Counted from the first letter of the stretch, positions 1 through 6,863 are shown. The stretch: DNA of 12,648 nt from an uncultured archaeon (GCA_964591795.1 CAZQEL010000005.1:27968-40615); one strand, 5' to 3'. Notes: generated from the letters alone by a model not told the origin. Program-made: numbers and translations.

Positions 1-103
1 AGTAACTGAAGTTAAAGAAGAAAAACCAAAAGTTGCTGAAGTTAAAAAAGAAAAACCAAAAGTTGCTGAAGTTAAAAAAGAAATTTCTGAAAACAAAGAA
101 TGA
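1..103 (+). CDS. 3' end of an upstream CDS (partial) with a Lys/Glu-rich decapeptide-repeat C-terminal tail; product cannot be identified from the visible codons
   Basis: The frame starting at nt 2 reads VTEVKEEKPKVAEVKKEKPKVAEVKKEISENKE and stops at TGA 101-103. It ends 11 nt before rps28e, and GAGGTG at 102-107 serves the next gene. In many archaea rpl7ae occupies this position, but that cannot be tested with the visible residues. Confidence 0.5.
   Translation, partial: VTEVKEEKPKVAEVKKEKPKVAEVKKEISENKE
8..83 (+). repeat. In-frame 30-bp tandem repeat (two full copies plus a partial third) encoding EVK(E/K)EKPKVA
   Basis: Units 8-37 and 38-67 differ at a single nucleotide. A third copy starts at 68 and diverges after about 16 nt. 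Confidence 0.85.
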
Positions 104-114
104 GGTGAAGTGCT

Positions 115-324
115 ATGGCTGAAGAAGGAATACCTGCAGAAGTTGTAGAGGTAGTAGGTCGAACAGGTTCACGTGGAGAAGCTACCCAAGTTCTTTGTAG
201 AGTTATTGACGGTTATGAAAAAGGTAGAATAAAAAAACGAAATGTCAAAGGAAATGTTAAAAAAGGAGACATATTAATTTTAATGAATCCTGAAACTGAA
301 GCAAAAGACATTAAGGCACGTTAG
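115..324 (+). CDS. rps28e: 30S ribosomal protein S28e
   Basis: The 69-aa product contains PAEVVEVVGRTGSRGEATQVLCRV...GRIKKRNVKGNVKKGDILILMNPETEA, the characteristic S28e core. GAGGTG lies 7 nt upstream of the ATG. The S28e-L24e neighbourhood is conserved. Confidence 0.95.
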   Translation: MAEEGIPAEVVEVVGRTGSRGEATQVLCRVIDGYEKGRIKKRNVKGNVKKGDILILMNPETEAKDIKAR

Positions 325-334
325 GTGATATAGA

Positions 335-529
335 ATGGAATGTATATTTTGCGGAAAAGAAATACCTAAAGGAACAGGTGTTTTATATGCTAAGAAAGAT
401 GGAACTACAAATTTATTTTGTTCAAGTAAATGTAAAATAAATGTTCTTGAAAAAAAATTTAAAGCACATAAAACTAAATGGACAAATAGGTATCATATTG
501 AAAAAGAAAGACATTTAAAGAATAAATAA
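335..529 (+). CDS. rpl24e: 50S ribosomal protein L24e
   Basis: The 64-aa product has the L24e zinc-ribbon pattern C-x2-C ... C-x3-C (MECIFCGKEIPKGTG...LFCSSKC) followed by KTKWT. AGGTGA lies upstream, and the gene sits directly after rps28e. Confidence 0.93.
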   Translation: MECIFCGKEIPKGTGVLYAKKDGTTNLFCSSKCKINVLEKKFKAHKTKWTNRYHIEKERHLKNK

Positions 530-538
530 TTTTATTTA

Positions 539-554
539 TTTTTTTGTTTTTTTT
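539..554 (+). terminator. Oligo-T tract (T7-G-T8), a candidate archaeal intrinsic termination signal after rpl24e
   Basis: T7 at 539-545 and T8 at 547-554 lie about 10 nt after the rpl24e stop. Archaeal RNA polymerase terminates at oligo-T runs. The assignment is by position and composition only. Confidence 0.35.
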
Positions 555-634
555 AATTAGTATGTGTTGTTAAAAATAATTTTTTTAATTAGAAATTATT
601 TAATTTTTTAAATAAAATTTAAAGGTGGTTTCTG

Positions 635-2371
635 TTGTTTCGACAACCAATAATTACAATAATGGGACATATTGATTCTGGAAAAACAACTTTTTTAGAT
701 AAGATTAAAGGTACCAGTATTGTAAAGCTTGAGGCTGGAAAAATAACCCAGCATATTGGTGCTACAGAGATATCTTTAGATGTTATTTTAAAATTATGTT
801 TGCATTTAGCAAAAAAATATAATTTTGAAATTAGTTTACCAGGTCTTTTATTTATTGACACTCCTGGGCATAATGCTTTTGATAATTTAAGAGAACGTGG
901 TGGTTCACTTGCTGATCTTGTTGTATTAGTTGTTGATGTTAATAAAGGACTTCAAGCACAAGATATTGAAACATTGAGTATATTAAAAATGTATAAAGTT
1001 CCTTTTATACTTTTTGCAAATAAAATTGATTTAATATCAGGTTACAATCAAGAGGATTTAGATATTTCAAAATCACTTGATAAACAATCAAAAAATACTA
1101 GCGATAAAATTGAAGAAAATATTTATAAAATTGTTGGACAATTATATGATAAAGGATTTTCTGCTGATAGATTTGATAGAGTTACAGATTTTAAAAAACA
1201 AATTGCAATAATACCTGGTTCTTGTGAAAAAGAATATGGGTTAACAGAGGCAATTTTATTTTTATCAGTTTTGTCACAAAAGTTTTTAGGTCCAAGAATA
1301 ACAATTGATCCTTTACAAAAATCACAAGGAACAGTTTTAGAAATTGGAGAAATAAAAGGTATTGGTAAAACTGCTGATGTAATTGTTTACCAAGGTGTTT
1401 TAAGAGTTAAGGATAGAATTTCTTTTATGTCAAAAGAAGGTATTATTGAAACCAAAATAAAATCATTACTTAAATTAAATGTAATGAGTGCAATTAATAA
1501 AAAAAAAGATTATAAAAATGTTGATTTTGTATCAGCAGCAAGTGGTGTGAAAATTGTTGCACCCGATATAGATCGTTGTTTACCAGGAAGTATTATTGTT
1601 TCTTCTGAAGATTTAGAAGCAGTATCCAGACTTAAAGAAAAACCATTAAGTTGTTTTGTGTCAGATATTGAAGGTGCTTTTGTAAAAACAGATACATTGG
1701 GGTCACTTGAAGCATTAACAAAATTATTATCTAAAAATAATATTTGTATTTCAAGAGCTGATATAGGACCGTTAACACAAAAAGATATTTTAGAAATTAA
1801 AGTATTACATGAAAGAGATAAAAAGAAAGGAGTTTTATTTTTATTTAATGTAAATTTGCAAAAAGAATTTGCAGAGCAATTAGATAATGAAAAAATACCT
1901 GTATTTAAAAATAATATTATTTATAAATTAATTGAAGAGTATGATGATTGGCTTTTTAAAAAGAATCGTGTTGAAAAAGAAAAATTATTAAAAGAAATTA
2001 TTTTTCCTTGCGAATTAAAAGTTTTAAAAAATCATATTTTCAGAACAAGTAAGCCTGCAATTGTAGGAGTTAAAGTTATAGCTGGAAGGTTAATTCCAGG
2101 TTCAAAGCTTGTTAATAAAGAAGACGAAATTGGTGTTGTTGAAGCAATACAAGCTGAAGGGAAATCTATACCTATTTTGGAAAGAGGTGCTGAAGCTGCA
2201 ATCTCAATTAAGAATGCAGTTTATTTAAAAGATTTTAAGGAAGAAGATGTTTTTACAGTTTATGTTCCAAATTCATCAATTGAAAAATTAGATCAAATAA
2301 TATATGATTTAACAGAAGAAGAACAAACAATGTTACAAAAAATAAAATTAAAAAGAATTAAAATTGAATAA
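635..2371 (+). CDS. infB: Translation initiation factor aIF5B (IF2/eIF5B-type GTPase)
   Basis: The N-terminus RQPIITIMGHIDSGKTTFLDKIKG carries G1. EAGKITQHIGAT (switch I), DTPGH (G3) and NKID (G4) follow, and the 578-aa length is typical. A TTG start is needed to include the G1 strand, and AAAGGTGG lies 7 nt upstream. The G1 motif is divergent (GHIDSGKT instead of GHVDHGKT). Confidence 0.93.
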   Translation: MFRQPIITIMGHIDSGKTTFLDKIKGTSIVKLEAGKITQHIGATEISLDVILKLCLHLAKKYNFEISLPGLLFIDTPGHNAFDNLRERGGSLADLVVLVVDVNKGLQAQDIETLSILKMYKVPFILFANKIDLISGYNQEDLDISKSLDKQSKNTSDKIEENIYKIVGQLYDKGFSADRFDRVTDFKKQIAIIPGSCEKEYGLTEAILFLSVLSQKFLGPRITIDPLQKSQGTVLEIGEIKGIGKTADVIVYQGVLRVKDRISFMSKEGIIETKIKSLLKLNVMSAINKKKDYKNVDFVSAASGVKIVAPDIDRCLPGSIIVSSEDLEAVSRLKEKPLSCFVSDIEGAFVKTDTLGSLEALTKLLSKNNICISRADIGPLTQKDILEIKVLHERDKKKGVLFLFNVNLQKEFAEQLDNEKIPVFKNNIIYKLIEEYDDWLFKKNRVEKEKLLKEIIFPCELKVLKNHIFRTSKPAIVGVKVIAGRLIPGSKLVNKEDEIGVVEAIQAEGKSIPILERGAEAAISIKNAVYLKDFKEEDVFTVYVPNSSIEKLDQIIYDLTEEEQTMLQKIKLKRIKIE

Positions 2372-2403
2372 AAAATATTGTATAAAATAGAGGTGTATTA
2401 TAA

Positions 2404-2790
2404 ATGAGATTAAATGTAGCAGATCCAAAAAATGCAAAAACCTATTCTGTTGATGTAGATGAAAAAAATAGTCTTTACTTTGTTGGTAAAAAATTAAAAG
2501 AAGAAGTTGATTTATCTTTTATTAATCCTGGACTTAAAGGAGTTATAACTGGTGGATCTGATAAAGATGGTTTTCCTATGCATGGTGCAGTAGATTCTGA
2601 AAATAGAAAAAAATTATTATTATCTGGTGGAGTTGGATTTAAACCAACAAGAAAAGGTGAAAGAAGAAGAAAAAGAGTAGCAGGTAGAATTATTTCAAAT
2701 CATATTCAACAAGTTAATATTAAAGTTATTTCTGGAGATACAAAAATACTTGAAGACAAATATAAAAAACCAAAAGAAGAAAAAAAGTAA
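2404..2790 (+). CDS. rps6e: 30S ribosomal protein S6e
   Basis: RLNVADPKNAKTY, ITGGSDKDGFPM, LLLSGGVGFKP and GERRRKRVAGRII are hallmark S6e segments. AGAGGTG lies upstream. Confidence 0.93.
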   Translation: MRLNVADPKNAKTYSVDVDEKNSLYFVGKKLKEEVDLSFINPGLKGVITGGSDKDGFPMHGAVDSENRKKLLLSGGVGFKPTRKGERRRKRVAGRIISNHIQQVNIKVISGDTKILEDKYKKPKEEKK

Positions 2791-2801
2791 AGGTATAATT
2801 T

Positions 2802-4001
2802 ATGATAAATAAAATTCAAGCACAACTAAATATAGGAATTGTTGGACATGTTGATCACGGTAAGACAACTTTGACATCAAAACTTACTGGTAAATGGACA
2901 GATAGACATTCTGAAGAGCTTAAACAAGGTATTTCTATTAAGTTAGGTTATGCTGATGCTGAATTTTATAGAGATAAAACAGTATCTGGAATTTCAAGTT
3001 ATACTTCTCAGAAAAAACATCCTTTAACAGGAAATGATACAGAACTTGTAAGAAAGGTATCTTTTGTAGATGCTCCTGGTCATGAAACTTTAATGGCTGT
3101 AATGTTATCTGGGGCTGCTTTGTTAAATGGTGCAATATTAGTTGTTGCTGCAAATGAAGAGTGTCCTCAACCTAGAACAATTGAACATTTGCTTGCATTA
3201 AAAATGCATGGTATAAAAGATATTGTTGTTGCTCAAAATAAGATTGATTTAGTCTCAAAAGAAGATGCATTAAAAAACTATCTTAAATTAAGAGCGTTTT
3301 TAGATAAGGAAGGGTATGCAAATGCGCCTATTATTCCCACATCTGCTCATTTTGATACTAATATAGATGCATTAATATATGCACTTGTAAATAATATTAA
3401 CTTGCCTGTGTTTGATCCATCATTACCTTTAAAAATGCAAATTGTAAGATCATTTGATATTAATAAACCTTCAACAAAAATAAAAGATTTAAAAGGTGGT
3501 ATTTTAGGTGGTGCAATTTTACAAGGAACAATAAATGTTAATGATAAAGTTCATATTTATCCTGGATTTGAGTCAGGCCCAATTGAATTTAAAGTAAAAT
3601 CTTTAAATTCTGAAAAAATATCTTTAAAAGAAGCACATGCTGGTGGTTTAATTGCTATTGGTACTGATCTTGATCCTTTTATTTGTTTTTCAGATAAAAT
3701 GGTAGGTCAATTAATTTGTAGTGAAGAATCTAAACCAATATTATCAAATGTAATTAAGTTTGATTATTTTAAAATTGATGCACTTTTAGATTCTAATAAA
3801 ACTAATTTGAAAATTTCAGAAAAAATCGTTTTAATAATTGGTTCTTCAGCGCAAGTAGGTATTATTAAAAAAATAGCTAAAAATAATGAATTTGAAGTTT
3901 TACTTTCAAGAGATGCTGCATATTATTCAAAAAATAAAATAGCAATAAGTAGAAATATAAATAGTAGATGGAGACTTGCAGGTTATGGCGAGATTAAATG
4001 A
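2802..4001 (+). CDS. eif2g: Translation initiation factor aIF2 gamma subunit
   Basis: GIVGHVDHGKTTL (G1), KLGYADA, SFVDAPGHE (G3) and QNKIDL (G4) are present, with 399 aa and EF-Tu-like domains II/III. It sits between rps6e and the PIN gene as in most archaea. The insert between switch I and G3 has no cysteines (see findings). Confidence 0.95.
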   Translation: MINKIQAQLNIGIVGHVDHGKTTLTSKLTGKWTDRHSEELKQGISIKLGYADAEFYRDKTVSGISSYTSQKKHPLTGNDTELVRKVSFVDAPGHETLMAVMLSGAALLNGAILVVAANEECPQPRTIEHLLALKMHGIKDIVVAQNKIDLVSKEDALKNYLKLRAFLDKEGYANAPIIPTSAHFDTNIDALIYALVNNINLPVFDPSLPLKMQIVRSFDINKPSTKIKDLKGGILGGAILQGTINVNDKVHIYPGFESGPIEFKVKSLNSEKISLKEAHAGGLIAIGTDLDPFICFSDKMVGQLICSEESKPILSNVIKFDYFKIDALLDSNKTNLKISEKIVLIIGSSAQVGIIKKIAKNNEFEVLLSRDAAYYSKNKIAISRNINSRWRLAGYGEIK

Positions 4002-4392
4002 TGTATTAATTGATACTAATGTATTAATTTATATGTATGAAAATAAGAAAGATATTTTCGAAGAATGTAAACTTGTAATTCCAAATGCAAACTTTTATGT
4101 TTTAGATAAAGTACTTGAAGAGCTTTCAAAGGTTTATAAAACTAAACCAGGAAAGTTAAGGTTAATTAAAAGGTATTTAGATAAATTAAAGGATGTTAAT
4201 AAATTTGAAATTTTAAATGTTGATGAATCAATTTTAAAGTTAAGTCCAAAATTTGCAAAAATAGATAATTTATTAATATATTATAGTGATAAATATTTAG
4301 TATATACAAATGATAAAATATTAAAAGAAAAGATAAAACTTAGAAGAAATAAAGTTTTAATATTAAAATTAAACGGTGTTTTGTTAATATAA
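3985..4392 (+). CDS. PIN-domain protein, Fcf1/Utp24-like (COG1412-type, putative rRNA-processing endonuclease)
   Basis: The N-terminal LIDTNVLIY carries the first catalytic Asp. The C-terminal YTNDKILKEKIK...VLILK resembles the Fcf1 xTxDxxLrxRl motif. The position between aIF2-gamma and rpoE' is conserved. I prefer ATG 3985 over the TTG at 3976 in the ORF track. Either start overlaps the aIF2-gamma stop. Confidence 0.75.
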   Translation: MARLNDVLIDTNVLIYMYENKKDIFEECKLVIPNANFYVLDKVLEELSKVYKTKPGKLRLIKRYLDKLKDVNKFEILNVDESILKLSPKFAKIDNLLIYYSDKYLVYTNDKILKEKIKLRRNKVLILKLNGVLLI

Positions 4393-4414
4393 ATAGAGTA
4401 AAGAGGAATTTTAT

Positions 4415-5044
4415 ATGGGTTATAAAAAATTTGATGTTGAAGGAATAGTTTCAGTTTCTCCATTAAACTTATCTGGAGATTTAAAAGATATTTTAAAAGA
4501 ACAGTTGTCAATTAATTATGATGGAATTATAGACAAAGATATTGGGCTTATTATTACAATTACAGATGTACTTGAACATAGTGAAGGAGAAATAATTCCA
4601 GGAGATTCAGATGTATTCTTTAAGGTTAAGTTTAGAGTTATTAGTTATTTCCCGAAGATACATGATATAACCTATGGAAGAGTATCTCAAGCAACTGATT
4701 TTGGTGCATTTATTAATATAGGGCCTTTTGATGGTTTATGTCACGTTTCTCAAGTAATGCCAGATTTTAATTCATTTAATCCTGAACTTCCTGGTTTCTT
4801 TGCAAAAGAAAGTAAAAAAACATTAATTGTGGAAGATAAAATTTTAACAAGAATTACAAATATTAGTTTTAAGAAAACTATTGCAGAAACAAAGATTGGT
4901 CTTACAATGAGACAAACTGGTCTTGGTAAACAAGAATGGCAATCAATTGATGCAAAATTTGATAAAAAAATAACTAAAACAACAAAAAAAAATACTAAAG
5001 AAAAATCAACAACTAAAACCACAAAAAAAGGTGGTAAAAAATGA
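4415..5044 (+). CDS. rpoE: DNA-directed RNA polymerase subunit E' (Rpo7), with a Lys/Thr-rich C-terminal extension
   Basis: The N-terminal Rpb7-like domain (GIVSVSPLNL...GLIITITDV...GEIIPGDSDVFFKVKF) is followed by an S1 fold (GRVSQATDFGAFINIGPFDGLCHVSQV). The last ~27 aa are a KKITKTTKKNTKEKSTTKTTKKGGKK tail. Confidence 0.9.
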   Translation: MGYKKFDVEGIVSVSPLNLSGDLKDILKEQLSINYDGIIDKDIGLIITITDVLEHSEGEIIPGDSDVFFKVKFRVISYFPKIHDITYGRVSQATDFGAFINIGPFDGLCHVSQVMPDFNSFNPELPGFFAKESKKTLIVEDKILTRITNISFKKTIAETKIGLTMRQTGLGKQEWQSIDAKFDKKITKTTKKNTKEKSTTKTTKKGGKK

Positions 5045-5265
5045 ATAAAAAAGCATGTAGAAAATGTAGAAAAGTAATTGAAGAAGTAGAACTTAATGCA
5101 AAAGGAAAAGAAGAATCTGTAAAGATATGTCCTATTTGTCAAGGAAATAATTTTACAACATTTTGGAAAGGTTCAGCTTTAGTTATTAATCCAGAAAAAT
5201 CAGAAATAGGAAAAGCTATGGATGTTGTTGTTTCTGGTAAATATGCTTTAAGACTTAGTAGGTGA
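5041..5265 (+). CDS. spt4: Transcription elongation factor Spt4 / RNA polymerase subunit E''
   Basis: The 74-aa product has a zinc ribbon (ACRKC ... CPIC), then TTFWKGSALVINPEKSEIGKAM and GKYALRL, typical of archaeal Spt4. Its ATG overlaps the rpoE' stop (ATGA at 5041-5044), and GGTGG lies upstream. The spacer between the Cys pairs (20 aa) seems long for this family. Confidence 0.85.
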   Translation: MNKKACRKCRKVIEEVELNAKGKEESVKICPICQGNNFTTFWKGSALVINPEKSEIGKAMDVVVSGKYALRLSR

Positions 5266-5310
5266 CGTTCTTTAGGTTTATAAAAAAAAATTTAATACTT
5301 ATTTTTTTAT

Positions 5311-5337
5311 AAACTTTACGAAAGTAAAGTTTTTTTT
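5311..5337 (+). terminator. Perfect 9-bp hairpin with a GAAA loop followed by T8, a candidate terminator of the infB-spt4 transcription unit
   Basis: aaactttac (5311-5319), gaaa loop, gtaaagttt (5324-5332), with the T run at 5330-5337. A second T7 lies at 5302-5308. It is located 46 nt after the spt4 stop. Confidence 0.4.
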
Positions 5338-5341
5338 ATCT

Positions 5342-5349
5342 TTTAGATA
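5342..5349 (+). promoter_or_regulatory. TATA-box-like element (TTTAGATA), a possible promoter for rps24e-rps27ae
   Basis: It has one mismatch to the archaeal TTTAWATA consensus. It lies about 54 nt upstream of the rps24e ATG, leaving room for a short leader carrying the AAGGTGA motif at 5390-5396. In AT-rich DNA such matches are frequent. Confidence 0.25.
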
Positions 5350-5402
5350 AAAAAAGAAATTCTCTCTCAAGAATTAATTAAAAAAATATAAGGTGAAAAT
5401 CA

Positions 5403-6026
5403 ATGGAAGTTGAATTTGAAAAATCAAGAAATGAACTTTTAAAAAGAACAAATATTTTTGTAAAAATTAGAAGTGTAAAAACCCCTAGTAAAAAAGAATT
5501 ACAAACAAAAGTTGCATCTATTTTAGCATATGATGAAACATTAGTTGTTATTGATAAGATTTCTCAAGAGTTTGGATCTAAAATATGTAATGCTTATGTT
5601 AAAGTGTATGATGATCTTAAAACTTTAAAAGAAGTTGAACTTGAACACAATATACGTGATGTTTTAAAATCAGAAAAAGAAAAAAATGATGCATTAGTTG
5701 CAGAAAGAAAAGCTAAAAAAGAAGCTAAAACAAATGTTGTAAAACCAAAGGTTGAAGATGTAAAAGAAGAAGCTAAAACAGATACTGCAAAACCAAAGGT
5801 TGAAGATGTAAAAGAAGAAGCTAAATCAGATACTGCAAAACCAAAGGCTGAAGATGCAAAAGAAGAAGCTAAAACAAATGTTGTAAAATCAAAGGTTGAA
5901 GGTGCAAAAGAAGCTAAAATAAATGTTGTAAAACCAAAGGTTGAAGATGTAAAAGAAGCTAAAATAAATGTTGTAAAACCAAAGGTTGAAGATGTAAAAG
6001 AAGAAGCTTCTGAAAGTAAAAAATAA
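5403..6026 (+). CDS. rps24e: 30S ribosomal protein S24e fused to a ~105-aa Lys/Glu-rich tandem-repeat C-terminal extension
   Basis: Residues 1-~95 (EKSRNELLKRTNIFVKI...TPSKKELQTKVASIL...VVIDKISQEFGSKICNAYVKVYDDLKTLKEVE) match the S24e fold consensus. The remainder is six copies of AK(T/S/I)xxxK(P/S)K(V/A)E(D/G)(V/A)KE(E), in frame with no intervening stop. AAGGTGA lies 7 nt upstream. Confidence 0.9.
   Translation: MEVEFEKSRNELLKRTNIFVKIRSVKTPSKKELQTKVASILAYDETLVVIDKISQEFGSKICNAYVKVYDDLKTLKEVELEHNIRDVLKSEKEKNDALVAERKAKKEAKTNVVKPKVEDVKEEAKTDTAKPKVEDVKEEAKSDTAKPKAEDAKEEAKTNVVKSKVEGAKEAKINVVKPKVEDVKEAKINVVKPKVEDVKEEASESKK
5721..6002 (+). repeat. Six in-frame tandem repeats of 45-48 bp inside rps24e
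   Basis: Units are 5721-5768, 5769-5816, 5817-5864, 5865-5909, 5910-5954 and 5955-6002. Units 5 and 6 are identical over 45 nt, and the others differ at a few positions. Confidence 0.92.
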
Positions 6027-6066
6027 ATAATATAAAAATAGGTATTTAAAAATTTAGGTGAATATT

Positions 6067-6294
6067 ATGGGTACAAATAAAGGATCAAATTCAGAAAAGA
6101 AAGGTAAAAAAGCACATAGGAAAACTGTTAGAGTAAAAGTTAATAAATTCTATGCAGTTTCTGGGTCTTCAGTTACTAGAAATGGTAAAGATTGTCCTAA
6201 GTGTGGAACTGGTGTTAAAATGGGTTCACATAAAGCTAAAGATGGACAAACAAGATACGCTTGTGGTAAATGCGGAACAACAGTTTGGGAATAG
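6067..6294 (+). CDS. rps27ae: 30S ribosomal protein S27ae
   Basis: A C-terminal zinc ribbon (CPKCGTG ... CGKCG) follows a basic N-terminus, directly after rps24e as in most archaea. I prefer ATG 6067, because the GTG at 6058 used by the ORF track lies inside the AGGTG motif (6055-6059) that sits 7 nt before the ATG. Confidence 0.88.
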   Translation: MGTNKGSNSEKKGKKAHRKTVRVKVNKFYAVSGSSVTRNGKDCPKCGTGVKMGSHKAKDGQTRYACGKCGTTVWE

Positions 6295-6326
6295 ATTTAA
6301 TATTTATTAAAAAATAATAAATATGG

Positions 6327-6863
6327 GTGAAAAGTATTATAGATTTTATAATTGATTTTTTCCTATTATTATTTCCAATTTATTTTCTATTTATTTTAAA
6401 TAGAAAAATTAAATTTAAAGATATTTTAGCCAATTTTGGTATTAAAAAAATATCTTTTAAATCTTTTTTTAAACATTTTATAATTGTATTCTTATTATTG
6501 TTTTTTATAAGTTTATTAATTAATTTAATTTTTGTAATTATAGGTATATCTGATTTAAATTTAGTAACAAATACTCTTAAAAATTTATCTCCATTTGTTA
6601 TAATTTATCTTCTTGTTGTACGTGTTTTTCTAGAAGAATGGTTTTTTAGAGGTTTTTTAGTTTCAAAATTAGGTGTATTAGTATCTGCTTTAATATTCTC
6701 ACTTGCTCATTTTGGATATGGATCTTATGTTGAGGTGTTTGGGGCTTTTGTGCTAGGACTTGTTCTTGCTTATTATTATAAAAAAATAAATAATCTTTGG
6801 CCATTGTATGCCGCTCATTTTACTTATAATGCTATTGTAATTTTATTTGTTATTTATGGTTAA
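6327..6863 (+). CDS. CPBP-family intramembrane glutamic endopeptidase (CAAX protease / Abi-like)
   Basis: This is a polytopic hydrophobic protein carrying the family motifs EEWFFRG (E-E-x3-R), FSLAHF (H-x3) and AAHFTYN (H-x3-N). GTG is the only in-frame start upstream of the motifs, and there is no clear GGTG motif. Confidence 0.82.
   Translation: MKSIIDFIIDFFLLLFPIYFLFILNRKIKFKDILANFGIKKISFKSFFKHFIIVFLLLFFISLLINLIFVIIGISDLNLVTNTLKNLSPFVIIYLLVVRVFLEEWFFRGFLVSKLGVLVSALIFSLAHFGYGSYVEVFGAFVLGLVLAYYYKKINNLWPLYAAHFTYNAIVILFVIYG

Noticed and set aside
619-861. 80-aa ORF on the - strand from the ORF track
   Set aside because: It lies entirely antisense to the well-supported aIF5B G domain. Its composition is low-complexity and hydrophobic, typical of the antisense frame of AT-rich genes, and it has no recognisable motif or SD.
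2938-3153. 71-aa ORF on the - strand
   Set aside because: It is antisense to aIF2-gamma. It is a Gln/Leu/His-rich translation artefact with no start context.
3976-3984. TTG start for the PIN gene as given in the ORF track
   Set aside because: The ATG at 3985 follows three codons later and gives the usual short N-terminus before the catalytic Asp. TTG cannot be excluded but is less parsimonious.
4281-4511. 76-aa ORF on the - strand
   Set aside because: It is antisense to the PIN gene end and the rpoE' start, spanning their junction. There is no supporting signal.
4750-5142. 130-aa ORF on the - strand
   Set aside because: It is antisense to rpoE' and spt4. Its Phe/Val-rich sequence mirrors the Lys/Thr-rich sense strand, so it is a compositional artefact.
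5721-6002. Regular 45-48 bp direct repeats that could superficially suggest a CRISPR-like array or minisatellite
   Set aside because: The repeats are directly abutting with no spacers. They are in frame within rps24e and encode a coherent peptide repeat. There is no leader and no cas genes.
6058-6066. GTG start for rps27ae as given in the ORF track
   Set aside because: This GTG is part of the AGGTG ribosome-binding motif. The ATG at 6067 has the same 7-nt spacing seen for the other genes in the cluster.
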